From Adineta vaga (Eukaryota > Animalia > Rotifera), in assembly GCA_021613535.1 (NCBI GenBank), contig CP075495.1:6262001-6326000 (forward strand): a DNA stretch of 64,000 nt, in the 5' to 3' direction. The stretch's first letter is position 1. Each line of letters opens with the position of its first letter. Below, one piece after another: positions 28,618 to 39,579 of this stretch. The position numbers were made by a program, and so were the translations under genes. The notes under the pieces are model-generated. The model was not told the DNA's origin and searched no databases. It saw only the letters and a program-made list of their open reading frames with translations.

Positions 28618-29006
28618 TGATTATATTTGAATTCTAATAGGTTTTGTTAAAATAACTCGATTGAATTGAAAATATTTCGAAAATAATTAAATAAACGAAA
28701 TTTTGAAGATGTGAGACGATTTTTTTGAATTTATTATTTATAATGAAATAATGAAATAAAGCTTTCAATCATCGCCGTTCATCATCAGTATACACCACCA
28801 GCAAATATAATAACTATTTGAAATCGAAGATTAAAATATGATTAGATTTTAATTCTAATAGGTTTTGTTAAAATAACTGGAATAAATTCAAAAAATTGTC
28901 TCAAATCCTGAATTTTTCCTTAATTTAATTATTTTCGAAATATTTTCAATTCAATCGAGGTATTTTAACAAAACCTATTAGAATTAAAATCTAATCATAT
29001 TTTAGT
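28618..29006. mobile_element. Foldback/MITE-like element with nested inverted repeats
   Basis: 28618-28692 is the near-exact reverse complement of ~28923-28997; an internal direct copy lies at ~28832-28878; a second IR pair lies at 28712-28735 / ~28881-28903. Confidence 0.7.
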
Positions 29007-29170
29007 CAAGTGATAAAAATGTGGTAGAGATGATACTTTTTGAAGGATAGACATAATAATGTTGGCATTTGCACCGGAAAAACTAAGTGATTCGAGACGA
29101 TCAAATGCGGAATCAATTGTGATGGATGAGAGAAAATGATTGTTTTTATGTGAAACCAATAAACAGAAGG

Positions 29171-29410
29171 ACCCACGCCAAACGATACGGTCCGAATACG
29201 GCCTTTACGGTATCAAAATGGACCGTATACTGACCGTAATACCGGGCACAGTAATACGATCCGTTTAGAACCTGTACATAGCCGTATAATAGCCGTTTTG
29301 GACCAGAATACAGTGTGTTTACGATGCCGTAAAACTGTGCCCGTGATTACAGGACGAAACGGTTTATTTTTGGCCGTAAAGCTACCGTTTTGTCACGGTT
29401 TACATTCGGA
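29171..29410. repeat. ACGG/CCGT-motif-rich repeat, probably a subterminal region of a non-autonomous DNA transposon
   Basis: GC-elevated tract with many TACGG/CCGTA-like motifs in both orientations, starting ACCC. Confidence 0.5.
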
Positions 29411-29736
29411 AGACGCATAAATTTGTCTTGTTTCTCTAAATCAGTAAATCTAATTCTGAGTAAAAGATGTGATGAAGTAATTAATTCATGAAAACGTTGA
29501 TTAAGATTGTAAAATGGTTGATAGATATCACAACCATCGAGATAATGAAAAATATCATAAAATATATCATTCGAAAAATTTTCTGTTTCTAATTTTCCAT
29601 TTATTGGAATTAAATCATTTTCATCTTCATTATCATCAATAAATGTTTTTATAATCCCTAAAACTAAAAATAAAATTCTTTAAATTTACTTTCTTGTCTT
29701 TTTACTTCTTGTGTAATATAAAATATTAATCTTGAA

Positions 29737-30570
29737 TAGTGGCGTAGCCACCAAGGGGGAGGGGAGCACGGGGGGTACTGCTCTCCCTGTAAATGGTTTT
29801 GCCCCCTGTAAAATTTCATCGAAAAACGGTTTTTTTACGATAATTTGCTACGAAATGTTATTTTTGTAGGTTTTTTATTCACTTTTGCTGATTAGAAGAC
29901 AAACGAACGAAAAAATGACTGTCCTTCAAATGAAAGCACCATTTCTTATCTGAAATAAATCGCAGAACTGAAAGAAACAAGGCAAAAATATTTGTATAAT
30001 TTTATCCAGATGTGTATTCACGACTGTACAACTATTTGAGAGTAATTCATATATTTTGAATAATAATTCTAATACATATCAGATTATTTAGTAGCTCATT
30101 TCATTAAGAATACAATATAAATGAAAAGAAACTACTGTGATAATAAAGAGTAGAATAAAAAACTGTAAATTAAGCTGGTTCAATTAAAACGCCGTTATGT
30201 TGGTAAACTTCTCAAAAATATCAAATTGGCTCATTTTCATTTAGTACTTCTGTGCATTCTACTACATGTTTTCATATGCTTCGTTTCATTACTGTGACGA
30301 AAATATCCCTACGGGGTATCAGGGGGAGAGGCGTTAAGGGTAGTACCTTCCTCTGCTTTCAAAAATTTCAAGTGATATTTTCCTCTCATTTTTGGAGGAA
30401 ATCTCTCAAAGTTGGTTCATTTTTTATCGAAAATCTCTGTATTTTTCACGCATTTTACTAGAAAAGTTCGCTCGAAATATCACCTTTTAAGAGAGTATGG
30501 CTGAAATTTTTCCTCATTTTGAAAAATACCCATCCCCTCTGTTTTCGCCTCTTCGCATCGCGCTGGGGGC
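29737..30570. mobile_element. DNA transposon remnant(s) with a hAT-like terminus; boundaries uncertain
   Basis: TAGTGGCGTAGCCA followed by G-runs and GCCCCC resembles the CAGTGGCGTAGC-type terminus. No matching right TIR found. A second GC-rich patch lies at 30310-30570. Confidence 0.35.
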
Positions 30571-30987
30571 AATGACATTTACCATCAGCAAATGAATAAA
30601 AAGGAACTAAAAAGAATTTATTTAATTTTCCAATCTGTAAGAAGAAGAAGAGTAAAACTTACGAAAACTTTTATCGAAAAGAGCAATAAATGATAATCTC
30701 GGAACTTTAGCTAAAGCACGAACATGCCATGAAAATGATTTTAGAAATTGCCCATTTAAACAATTCCAAAGATTAACTAAAGTTTTATGACAAACAAGAA
30801 TTTGATCAAATTATGAATGAATATATTCCACAGTATTCTTTCGATCATAATGAGTAAAACAACGTGAATATTCATAACGAGATTCATCATTTTTATCATC
30901 AATTGTATCAATTCATACAGTTAACAAATGTTCAAATGAACAACATAAATTAATTTGATCAGATGTTGTTGATAGTTTATAATAAGA

Positions 30988-31562
30988 CTAGCGGAGATAC
31001 CCGCTGCAAACAGGATACAATTTACGTTTTCCATCTACAACAGTTCTCTTCTCAGCACCCACCGGAACTCTCCGTTTGTATTTACCCGTCGTGTATCAAA
31101 AAATCCTCACACCCTCCTTTCCCGATCTGCATTAGCTAGTGTAATCCTTCAAGTCGTCACTCAGCGCGCGTTACCTGTCTTCCACACGTCTTTCTCATCC
31201 GCACTGAGGTCCCTCCTATATCCCTTTTCGCGTCAGCCACCAGATCTTTTTTTCAGAACTTTTCGTGTCTCTTCATTAGTTCCTTCCTACTGGTCTTGTC
31301 TCGCTATGTATACTACATACAGTTCTGTTTCTTTTAAATCCACTCCTACTGTCCCGCTGCAACTCCCACCCTTCGTTAGATCTGTCTATTCTCAGACGCT
31401 CGCTGCAAGTCATTCTCTAGTTTATAACCTTCACTTCGACTCCATACAGTTAGAGTAGTCATTTCACTCCAGATTCAGTTTTTCTGGAGAACCCAGCCCA
31501 GGCATTGCAGTTGTCCATCTGGGATACAGACACCCACACCCACCCTCATTGTTAAAATAAGA
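30988..31562 (-). mobile_element. Non-autonomous Helitron (575 bp)
   Basis: Minus strand starts A|TCTTATTTTAAC..GTGTCTGT and ends AGCGGgtatctCCGCTAG|T: 5' TC, 3' CTAG, terminal hairpin, A/T target site, no TSD, sharp GC contrast with the flanks. Confidence 0.72.
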
Positions 31563-32058
31563 TTAATGTTAAAAAATACGACGTAGATTGTTTTTTATTA
31601 TATAAACGTAAATCGAGGGGATTTATTAATCGTTATAACGAGGTTTGAATAAATAAACTTTTTTGTTCTTCATCTCTATCCTTAGAAACATCGAGTAAAA
31701 TGAATGACATATTTGTTTTATATCTCATTTTAGTTATTAAAACTATAAAGATGTCAGATCAATGTTTATCTTCATAGAGTGAAACAAATTCTATGACACC
31801 ACCAATGCGTCAAATTACTACGAATATTTCATCAAATTATTTGAGTTCAAATGAACAAATATATCGAAATAGAAATTTCTCCTATTCAATTGATTCATTA
31901 AAAAAACTTCTTTTAAGCTACTATGCTGCATCCATATATTCGTAAGGAAAATCTTTCAATTTAAATTATTTTTTGTTTACTACATAAAATTCGTTATTTT
32001 ATTAGTATGACAACAAAACAAAAATTTTCTTTTCTCTACTAGAAGATTTGATTGTTTT

Positions 32059-33799
32059 TCAAAACGTCGATCGATCAATTATTTTCGCATTTGGAAAATA
32101 TTCTTTGCAAGAATTAAAACATTTTTGTTCGCCATATAAATATAATTTATCAACTTTTGCACAATTAACTCGTGTACTTTCTCGCGTAAAATTGTGTATT
32201 ATTCGTTGCAAAGATTCATACTTCATATAAAGACCGATATTTTTTGATAGATTTGTCTTTATATCGAATAGAAATTCTTCCATATAATCATCATGAACAT
32301 CGCCGAAATGAAATACGTTAAGAGAAGAATATTGAATAAAAGATAAATTTCCGTCGTTATCATTTGATTGTTTACGACATTGTGGTTTCTTATTGTTTAC
32401 ACATAGTATTTCCATGAATGGAAACGATTTTTGAATTCGAAGAAAAAATTCATGTTCAAAAGGTTTTTCATCAAATAATGACACTATACGAACATAATTA
32501 TAAATTCCACCTGGAAATTTATTTGTAATATCACTGTAATATGTCATTTGAGATGGATATGAATATATATGATGTAGAACTTTGTTTTTTTCTGGAAAGT
32601 AATCAACATAAGAAATGATACTATCAGTTTCGAAATCATTCACTGCTCGTTGTTCAATGTTTTCTGTTGATGACAAATTGGATTTCATTACACTGGATAA
32701 ATGCGAAGTAATAGAAAATTGAAAGTCGGTTAATGTTTTCATAGGATTGAGAATATTTGTCTTCAGATGATTTCTATCGATAAATGTTGTTTCGCTATCG
32801 ACCACAATATATAAGTCGAGTCGTTCAAGTTTTGACATTCGAGAGAGAAGTGGAAGAATTGTTTCATTGTAACGAGACGTCATTAATTTACATGAAAGAG
32901 AAAAATACTTTAAATTCGGTAAATCATCCTAAAACAAAACAAGCGTTTATTATCGAAAGAGAGATTTGTTGGATAAAACTAACTTCAGTTACATTTTCGT
33001 CTGGACAAAAAAGATTAATATTAAGTAAATCAATAATAAGTGTATGAAGCTGATGGAAACGACCATCGAGAAGATAAAGACAATCATCAAAAGCTTGTAC
33101 ATTGAGTTTCAAAATTAAAATTGTTTCTGAACGAAAACTAAGAATTAGTGAATCATCAAAATTTATTCGAACACGATCTCTGTACGATGATTCATGTAAT
33201 ATTAAACACTTTAATTTCATGAATAATGGAAAGATATATTCAAATATATTTGCTACTAATGATAACATCTCAAGATAATCTTCATCTCGATAACATGTAA
33301 GACTAAGTACTTCAACTTGATTTTTGAATATTCCAACTGAAAGTATTTCATCTAAACATATAAAATAACAAAAAATTCTTTCAATAGTAGATAAATTGAA
33401 CATTCTCTCACCTGTAAAAAGATTTCGAATTGATTCTTCATCAACATTGTAAAGTTCAAGAGATCGTAAATTAGGATAATGAGCAGTATGTAAAATACTT
33501 TTCATTGATGTTGATTCAACAGCCAACAATTGAATTTTATCATGAATTTCAGGTAGAATATGTAAACAAAATCAATTATGTGTTGCACTATCCGAAAGTA
33601 GATTGATAAAACGATCTTCTGATCGTTTAACAAGACGTAAACGATGTGTAAAAATTGAATCCCGAATTATTTGATTTAGTCGTTGATTAACACCTTGTAA
33701 CGAATAATATATATCAAAATTCGGTAAGTTTTTCAAAATAATCAAAAGTAGTTCATCAGGTAAATCATTTAATCCAATACGTGAATAATCCATATTCAT
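32059..33799 (-). pseudogene. F-box protein with LRR-like C-terminus; in-frame TGA at 33572-33574
   Basis: LNDLPDELLLIILKNL (F-box); the frame reads ATHN*FCLHILPEIHDKI straight into ORF 32924-33529; downstream exons look intact. Confidence 0.75.
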
Positions 33800-34157
33800 T
33801 TAGATCTGATTGAATGAAAATATGATCGATATATTTATATATTCGATTTGACAGATACATTGTTCGTCAATAAAAACAATAATGCGCTGCTTTCCTATAG
33901 ACAAAATTGACCAATGAATAAGGTCGAAAACAGACAGAGAAGTGAATTATCGTTAAATCGTCTAAAAAGATGATTTAAATTTAAGTGATAAAACACAATC
34001 GTATTGAACGATTCAACTTTCACTTAAATTCATTTTTCTATGTGTTTTGGGCCTAAGCATCTAATTGAAAGAAAATGATTAAGTTATTTCTTCTCTCATT
34101 TATTCAATAATTTCAATGAGAAGAAAATTTCTTTCCTTCATTTTTTAACCAAATGTA

Positions 34158-34404
34158 AAAGGGGGTGGTCGAAATTCATCAGTTTTTCCTGACGCTAAAA
34201 ATACCATAAAATGAAAGTACTCGATGAGTACATCACTAATTTCACATTCATTTCTTCAGATCTTGTTCCTTATTATAGCTGTTTTCTCGTGTTCTATGTG
34301 CCATTTTGATTTTGACTTAGATTCAAGGTAATCACTCTTGAGTACTTTCATTTTATAGTATTTTTAGCATGGTGAAACACTGATGATTTTTCGACCAACC
34401 CTTT
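34158..34404. mobile_element. MITE with ~70-bp imperfect terminal inverted repeats
   Basis: AAAGGGGGTGGTCGAAATTCATCAG..ATGAAAGTACTC is mirrored by GAGTACTTTCAT..CTGATGATTTTTCGACCAACCCTTT. Confidence 0.75.
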
Positions 34405-34460
34405 GCTTTGGTATTTGGTAAACGAATATGTTTCTTGACATTTATTTTGATTGTCCTATA

Positions 34461-36359
34461 GGAGTAGTTCTTGATGCTGAATAATACATGTTTATTATGG
34501 GATTTAATAATCATCGTATAGTCGGATCAGGGTCCAATGTATTTCGATTTATAGTGAGATTTTCAGGTTTAATTGGTTCAGTATCTGATCAATTAAGCAA
34601 CCCACGAAATTGTAGTTATGACTCTCATGAAAATAGCTTCGTTGTTGATAAAACAAATAAACGAATTCAAAAATTTCTACTCATTACAAATGCTTGTAAT
34701 AAGTTTTGTTGAAGAAAAAATGCATTTTATATTTATTCCTCATTTAACTTTTATGATTTTTATTGAATTATATGAACATATTTCAAGCAAAATAATTGTC
34801 TTTCTTTCACAAATGATTTAACAACATCAACCAGTAATCTTTGTATATCAGACATACATCTCAAATTTTATTCTTGTTTCTTTTTCTTAGATGAAACTTC
34901 ATTCAGTAATATTTCAACATTCGTTCAATCTACTTCTCCATTTAATTCAATAAGTATCTTGCAACAAACTACTAATACATTTGTCTATACTACAACTGTT
35001 TTCTAATAAGATACATCAAAATCTGAACAAAGCACAACAACAACAACAATTGAACAAATTTCAACAATATCTGAACAGAATACAATCATATCACTATCAC
35101 AACAAATCAGTATATTGATATAGTCCAGAAAAAAGTTTTTTTTCTAAATTGATTTGTTTCATTCTAATCAAGTTAATCAATCATTGAATATATTCATATC
35201 ATCAACATGTCCAAATCCAACAGATATGGATATTTATTGTAATATATCAAATAGACCATGTCAATATAATTATAAAATATGTCAAAAAGATACTTGTTGG
35301 AATGATGGTAAGAATATATAATGCTTTTTGTTTCTAAAAATAATATACTTAATTTCTTTTTCTAAAGGTTTATGTAAATCAGGTTGGGAAGGTATTTATT
35401 GTCAAAAAAAAGATTTTTGTCAAAATAATGGTATTTGTATTTCATTATATCTCAATTATACTTGTTAATGCCTTAGTGGTAGTTATTCTGGGCATTTTTG
35501 TGAAATAACTGATGCTAAAACAGTCATTGCTACTGTCGTAACGAAATCATTTGCATATATTTCAATTATATCATTAATAAACCAAGACAAGTTGATTCTG
35601 GTAATCATCTATTATTTTCATTAATTGTTTCAATATTAATAATAATTATATCAACAATTAAATTTTGGTTATTAATTGGTTCAATAAATAGTCGATCTTT
35701 TCTTTATTTTAATTGTATTTTAATTGATGTTATTCTTCGAATTGTTTTATCATCACGTGAATGGTTAAATGCATGTGTAGCCTCTGAAAGAACGATAAGT
35801 GTCATCAAAGGTGCCATATTTGATAAAAACAAAAGTAAACAAATATCTAAATGGATAATTGTAAGTATATTTATTTTTACAATTCTGACACATTCATGAT
35901 CCAATTCATCGTCAATTAATTGATGATTTTGATCTGGATGAACATCGAATATGGTGTTTTGTTAAATACTCATCATCTATTAATGTATACAATTCATTTA
36001 TAACTCTTTTTCATTTTCTTATGCCTTTTTTAATTAATATTATATCTGCTCTTTGGATTGTTATTAAAATAACTTATAATCGTAGTAATATAAAAATAGA
36101 TCAAACATTTCAACAACATCGACATATTTTAATTGCACCATATGTCTTAATATTATTAACATTACCACGTCTAATTATAACATTTATAAGTGGTTGTATG
36201 AGATCAGCACGTAAACCATGGTTGCATCTTCTTTGTTATTTTATTTCATTTATTCCATCCATGTTAACATTTATTGTTTTTGTATTACCATCAACAAATT
36301 ACAAAAATGAATTTGATCGCGTTGTTCAAAAAACAATTAAAATATTTTGTAGTCAATAA
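34461..36359 (+). pseudogene. Decayed NHL-repeat / Ser-Thr stalk / EGF / 7TM (rhodopsin-like GPCR) gene
   Basis: NHL-like NNHRIV..QLSNP..FVVDKTNKRIQKF; EGF-like GWEGIYCQ..CQNNGIC..YSGHFCE; TM segments WLNACVASERT..HFLMPFLINIIS..FIVFVLPS; several stops and frameshifts. Confidence 0.65.
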
Positions 36360-36897
36360 ATAAACTTTTACAAACGTGCATTAATTGATATGCTTGCTTA
36401 AGTCTATTTTCTGTTGTTACTTTTAAAAAAACTTACAGTACGCATCTGTTTGTTTTCTTAATTCCTATTTCGTTTGCTTGTATGCTTGCTTAGTGTTGTC
36501 AAGTGTTTACGAATAATTAATTTCGATTTATTATACTCAATGTTAAAAACATACATCATTATCCAATCAATCTAAAATTTTCATGAATAGAGATCATTTA
36601 ATTATTGACTTACCTGCATTTTAGTTCGAAATGATGATAGAATAAATGACATATTTGACAAACATATTATATTGTAATGGATATATATATGTTGTGACTA
36701 ATCAAAGTGAAATATTAACTAACTCAGTTTTCAATAAAAATAGTAACCATTGAACAGATTTTCGATCACACAAATGCTTAGAATATGAGTAAAAGATAGA
36801 CATCTTTCCCTACGAGTGAGATGACTTGATTCTTTGTAATGAATAGTATGAAGAAAGTATACATCTTTTTAAATGTTTATTTATTAACATAAAAAAA

Positions 36898-37256
36898 AGT
36901 TATTTTTCTAATGTTCTTTTTCTTCAACTATGGATAAAATGTCCGGAAAATCGTCCACATGAATGTCAGTATTGACATGACTAAAGTTATCAGACTTATT
37001 ATCTTTGATTTCGTCCAATTGATCTTCCCAATCAGATCTGTCTAGTGGTAAAGAGAAAAAATGTTAATATATGTACAGTTTGTTCAGGTGCATTACAAAG
37101 CTTACCATTTATAACATTTAATACGTAATGAGCTTCTGTAATTGCTGCATTATCAATTGAACGTAAATAAATTCTATCAGGATAGCGTGATAATCTAAAC
37201 CGAATATAAACAAATAATCCTTCAGCACGTGGATCGTCGTCTTTCAAATCACTCAT
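36898..37256 (-). CDS. Fragment of an unknown protein-coding gene (possibly a pseudogene)
   Basis: Protein-like ORF 37032-37256 plus a second-frame continuation (DRSDWEDQLDEIKD..EEKRTLEK*); no family recognised. Confidence 0.3.
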
Positions 37257-37307
37257 TAGTACATATGGTAAATACTACATACAATGGTCTATTATATTTC
37301 AATCTGA

Positions 37308-37841
37308 ATTTAGAGAAAAAAAAGACTTTATTTCGAACCGAAAGTAAGGAATTAAGGGGACTAAAAAGGGTCTAAGGGAACTAAGGGGTCTAACGACGCT
37401 GCGAAACTTATAAAATGACTTCGTTGTTATTTTATGATGATCGGCAGTGTGTATAGGTCCACTCTTCATAGTCAGAGTCTAAGCAGCTATTTTCATCGAA
37501 GAAAAAATGGTTCAATACGAATGAGAATGAAATTTCTTATACGAGGAAATTAGAATGTATATGAATTTACGAAAGTTTTTTTTAGTAAAGCCTTCAAATT
37601 TATCGATGACGTTGTTATATTCTGTTGAAAACTACAAGTTTTGTCGGTCCCCTTAGGTCCCTTAGTTTCTGTAATTATCTGGAAGTTAAAATAATTACAA
37701 GGGTGATGAGGGTCGTATCTGATTGAAGGTGAATTTATTAGTTTTAATTCAAAAGACTATTCTCAGGAAAGTTAATGTTTCTTAGTATATTCATTGTGAA
37801 AGATGTTGATTTGTTAGTTCCCTTAATTCTCGCTCTAAATA
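37308..37841. mobile_element. Foldback-like MITE with short CTAAGGG subrepeats
   Basis: ~10-bp TAAGGG(G/A)xC repeats at 37345-37395; inverted copies at ~37646-37670 and 37814-37830; ends ATTTAGAG / CTCTAAAT. Confidence 0.5.
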
Positions 37842-38246
37842 TATGTACAAGGGTCGATTATTTTCCAAAATTCAATTTGAAATATAAAAGACCATAGACT
37901 CAAAATGAAAAGGAGAATGAAGCCTATACTGGAAATGACGTGTTCATGCCAATTTTTTAAGAGCTTTTTAGGAAGGAAAATAAATACGGATGATGCATTT
38001 TTGAGGAATATCAACCGATCAGTTCCTTGAATCTATCTAACAGTACTTGTTTTTCCTTTTCTCTTGCAATCAATGATTTTATGATACTTAGAAAGAATGA
38101 AAAGATGAAAAACACTTTTAAAAGTCTTTTATGTATAAAGTTTGGTTGGATCCGGATTCGGCCAGGTTCCGCTTTGTGGGTTTGCTGAGCACTCTTATCA
38201 TTCTTTCAGAAAAGGGTCAGCGAATCCAAAGGATGAGCGTTACTTG

Positions 38247-38473
38247 TGGTGATTATTGCGTTTGTAATGACTATTTATTTTAAAATCAAAAAGTTACTTT
38301 AATCTTTAATTAAATAGAATTTCTCGGTTGTTTCGTACCTAAGAAGATAATTTATAGAATATATTAAAAAGAATCAATCATAACATGTGATACTGTAACA
38401 CTTTCTTTTATTTGAAATGATATTTTAAAACTATAGAACATCTATAATTATAAGAAGAAGAAAAATAATAAAA
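38247..38473 (+). pseudogene. Duplicate of the CorA 3' end and downstream spacer
   Basis: Near-identical to 28088-28312 and runs directly into 5S copy 3. Confidence 0.9.
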
Positions 38474-38592
38474 AGCTTACGACACTCGGTATTCCCAGGC
38501 GGTCACCCATCCAAGTACTAACCGAGCCCGACGTTGCTTAACTTCAGTGATCGGACGAGAACTGGTGTATTCAACGTGGTATGGCCGTAAGC
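38474..38592 (-). rRNA. 5S rRNA gene, copy 3
   Basis: Identical to copy 1. Confidence 0.98.
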
Positions 38593-38931
38593 ATACACCA
38601 CATTACTATTTGTTAGTTTTGACCATATCATACATAGATATATATCAGTTCTCCATTAGTGTCAATTTTGAAATGAAAATTAGTGACATTTGATAATCAT
38701 CAGAAAAGAAGCGTCAAGTAATGACTGTGAAATGCAATCACCTCATGATTGTTTAATATTCATTCTGTCCTATATTATTAATTCTGGTATATGCTTTTCG
38801 ACTAAACTGCAGTTTCGTCGTTTGAAAGAACTTTTATCATGGGAAAAACTAAGATTAAGATTTAAATCTAAATAAAAAGGTAATATCGCGCCAGAAGACT
38901 TTGATAGTAAGAAGAAAAAATAATAATAAAA

Positions 38932-39050
38932 AGCTTACGACACTCGGTATTCCCAGGCGGTCACCCATCCAAGTACTAACCGAGCCCGACGTTGCTTAAC
39001 TTCAGTGATCGGACGAGAACTGGTGTATTCAACGTGGTATGGCCGTAAGC
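38932..39050 (-). rRNA. 5S rRNA gene, copy 4
   Basis: Identical to copy 1; different flanks. Confidence 0.98.
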
Positions 39051-39579
39051 ATTTATCACTATTGTCATACTAGACTTTAAAGCTTACTTTCAAATATGTT
39101 TTTTTTTAAACCATGCTTATATATGTCATTTATTTTGAGATTATTATAATGAAGCAAGCAAATAGGTTTTGGTTTTTAATGAAGTTTATTGAAAAGAGAG
39201 AGCGACTACCTATGTTACAAGACAAGCAGATGATGGAGAAAATGATTTATGTTTACATTGAAGAAGAAGAAAAAAACTTATTTTACGAATGGAATGAGAA
39301 TAAAAAAAAGAACGTACATATAAATGCGTTCATGTTTAGAACATGCTGGAATAAGAAAACGCGATTTTTCAGATAATGAATATCAACGAAAAGAAAAAGG
39401 TTAAATCTAACTACGAATAATGTTAACAAAAAGAGATCGTGAATATCTCTTAAATTATTAACATCTTCATAATACATAAATTGAGAAGATACAAGAGAAA
39501 GAAAAAAAAGACCATTTTTCTCACGGGACAAAGACAACTGATAAATAAGTTCAGAAACAAAATCCAAGTGTTGGTTGAA

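Noticed and set aside
28618-38246. A single large autonomous transposon
   Set aside because: No transposase, RT or Rep/helicase ORF, no matching termini or TSD, and target sequence is deleted.
26700-39100. Spliced-leader RNA gene linked to 5S, as in nematodes
   Set aside because: No match to the rotifer SL sequence as I recall it, and no donor plus Sm-site arrangement seen in the 5S spacers.
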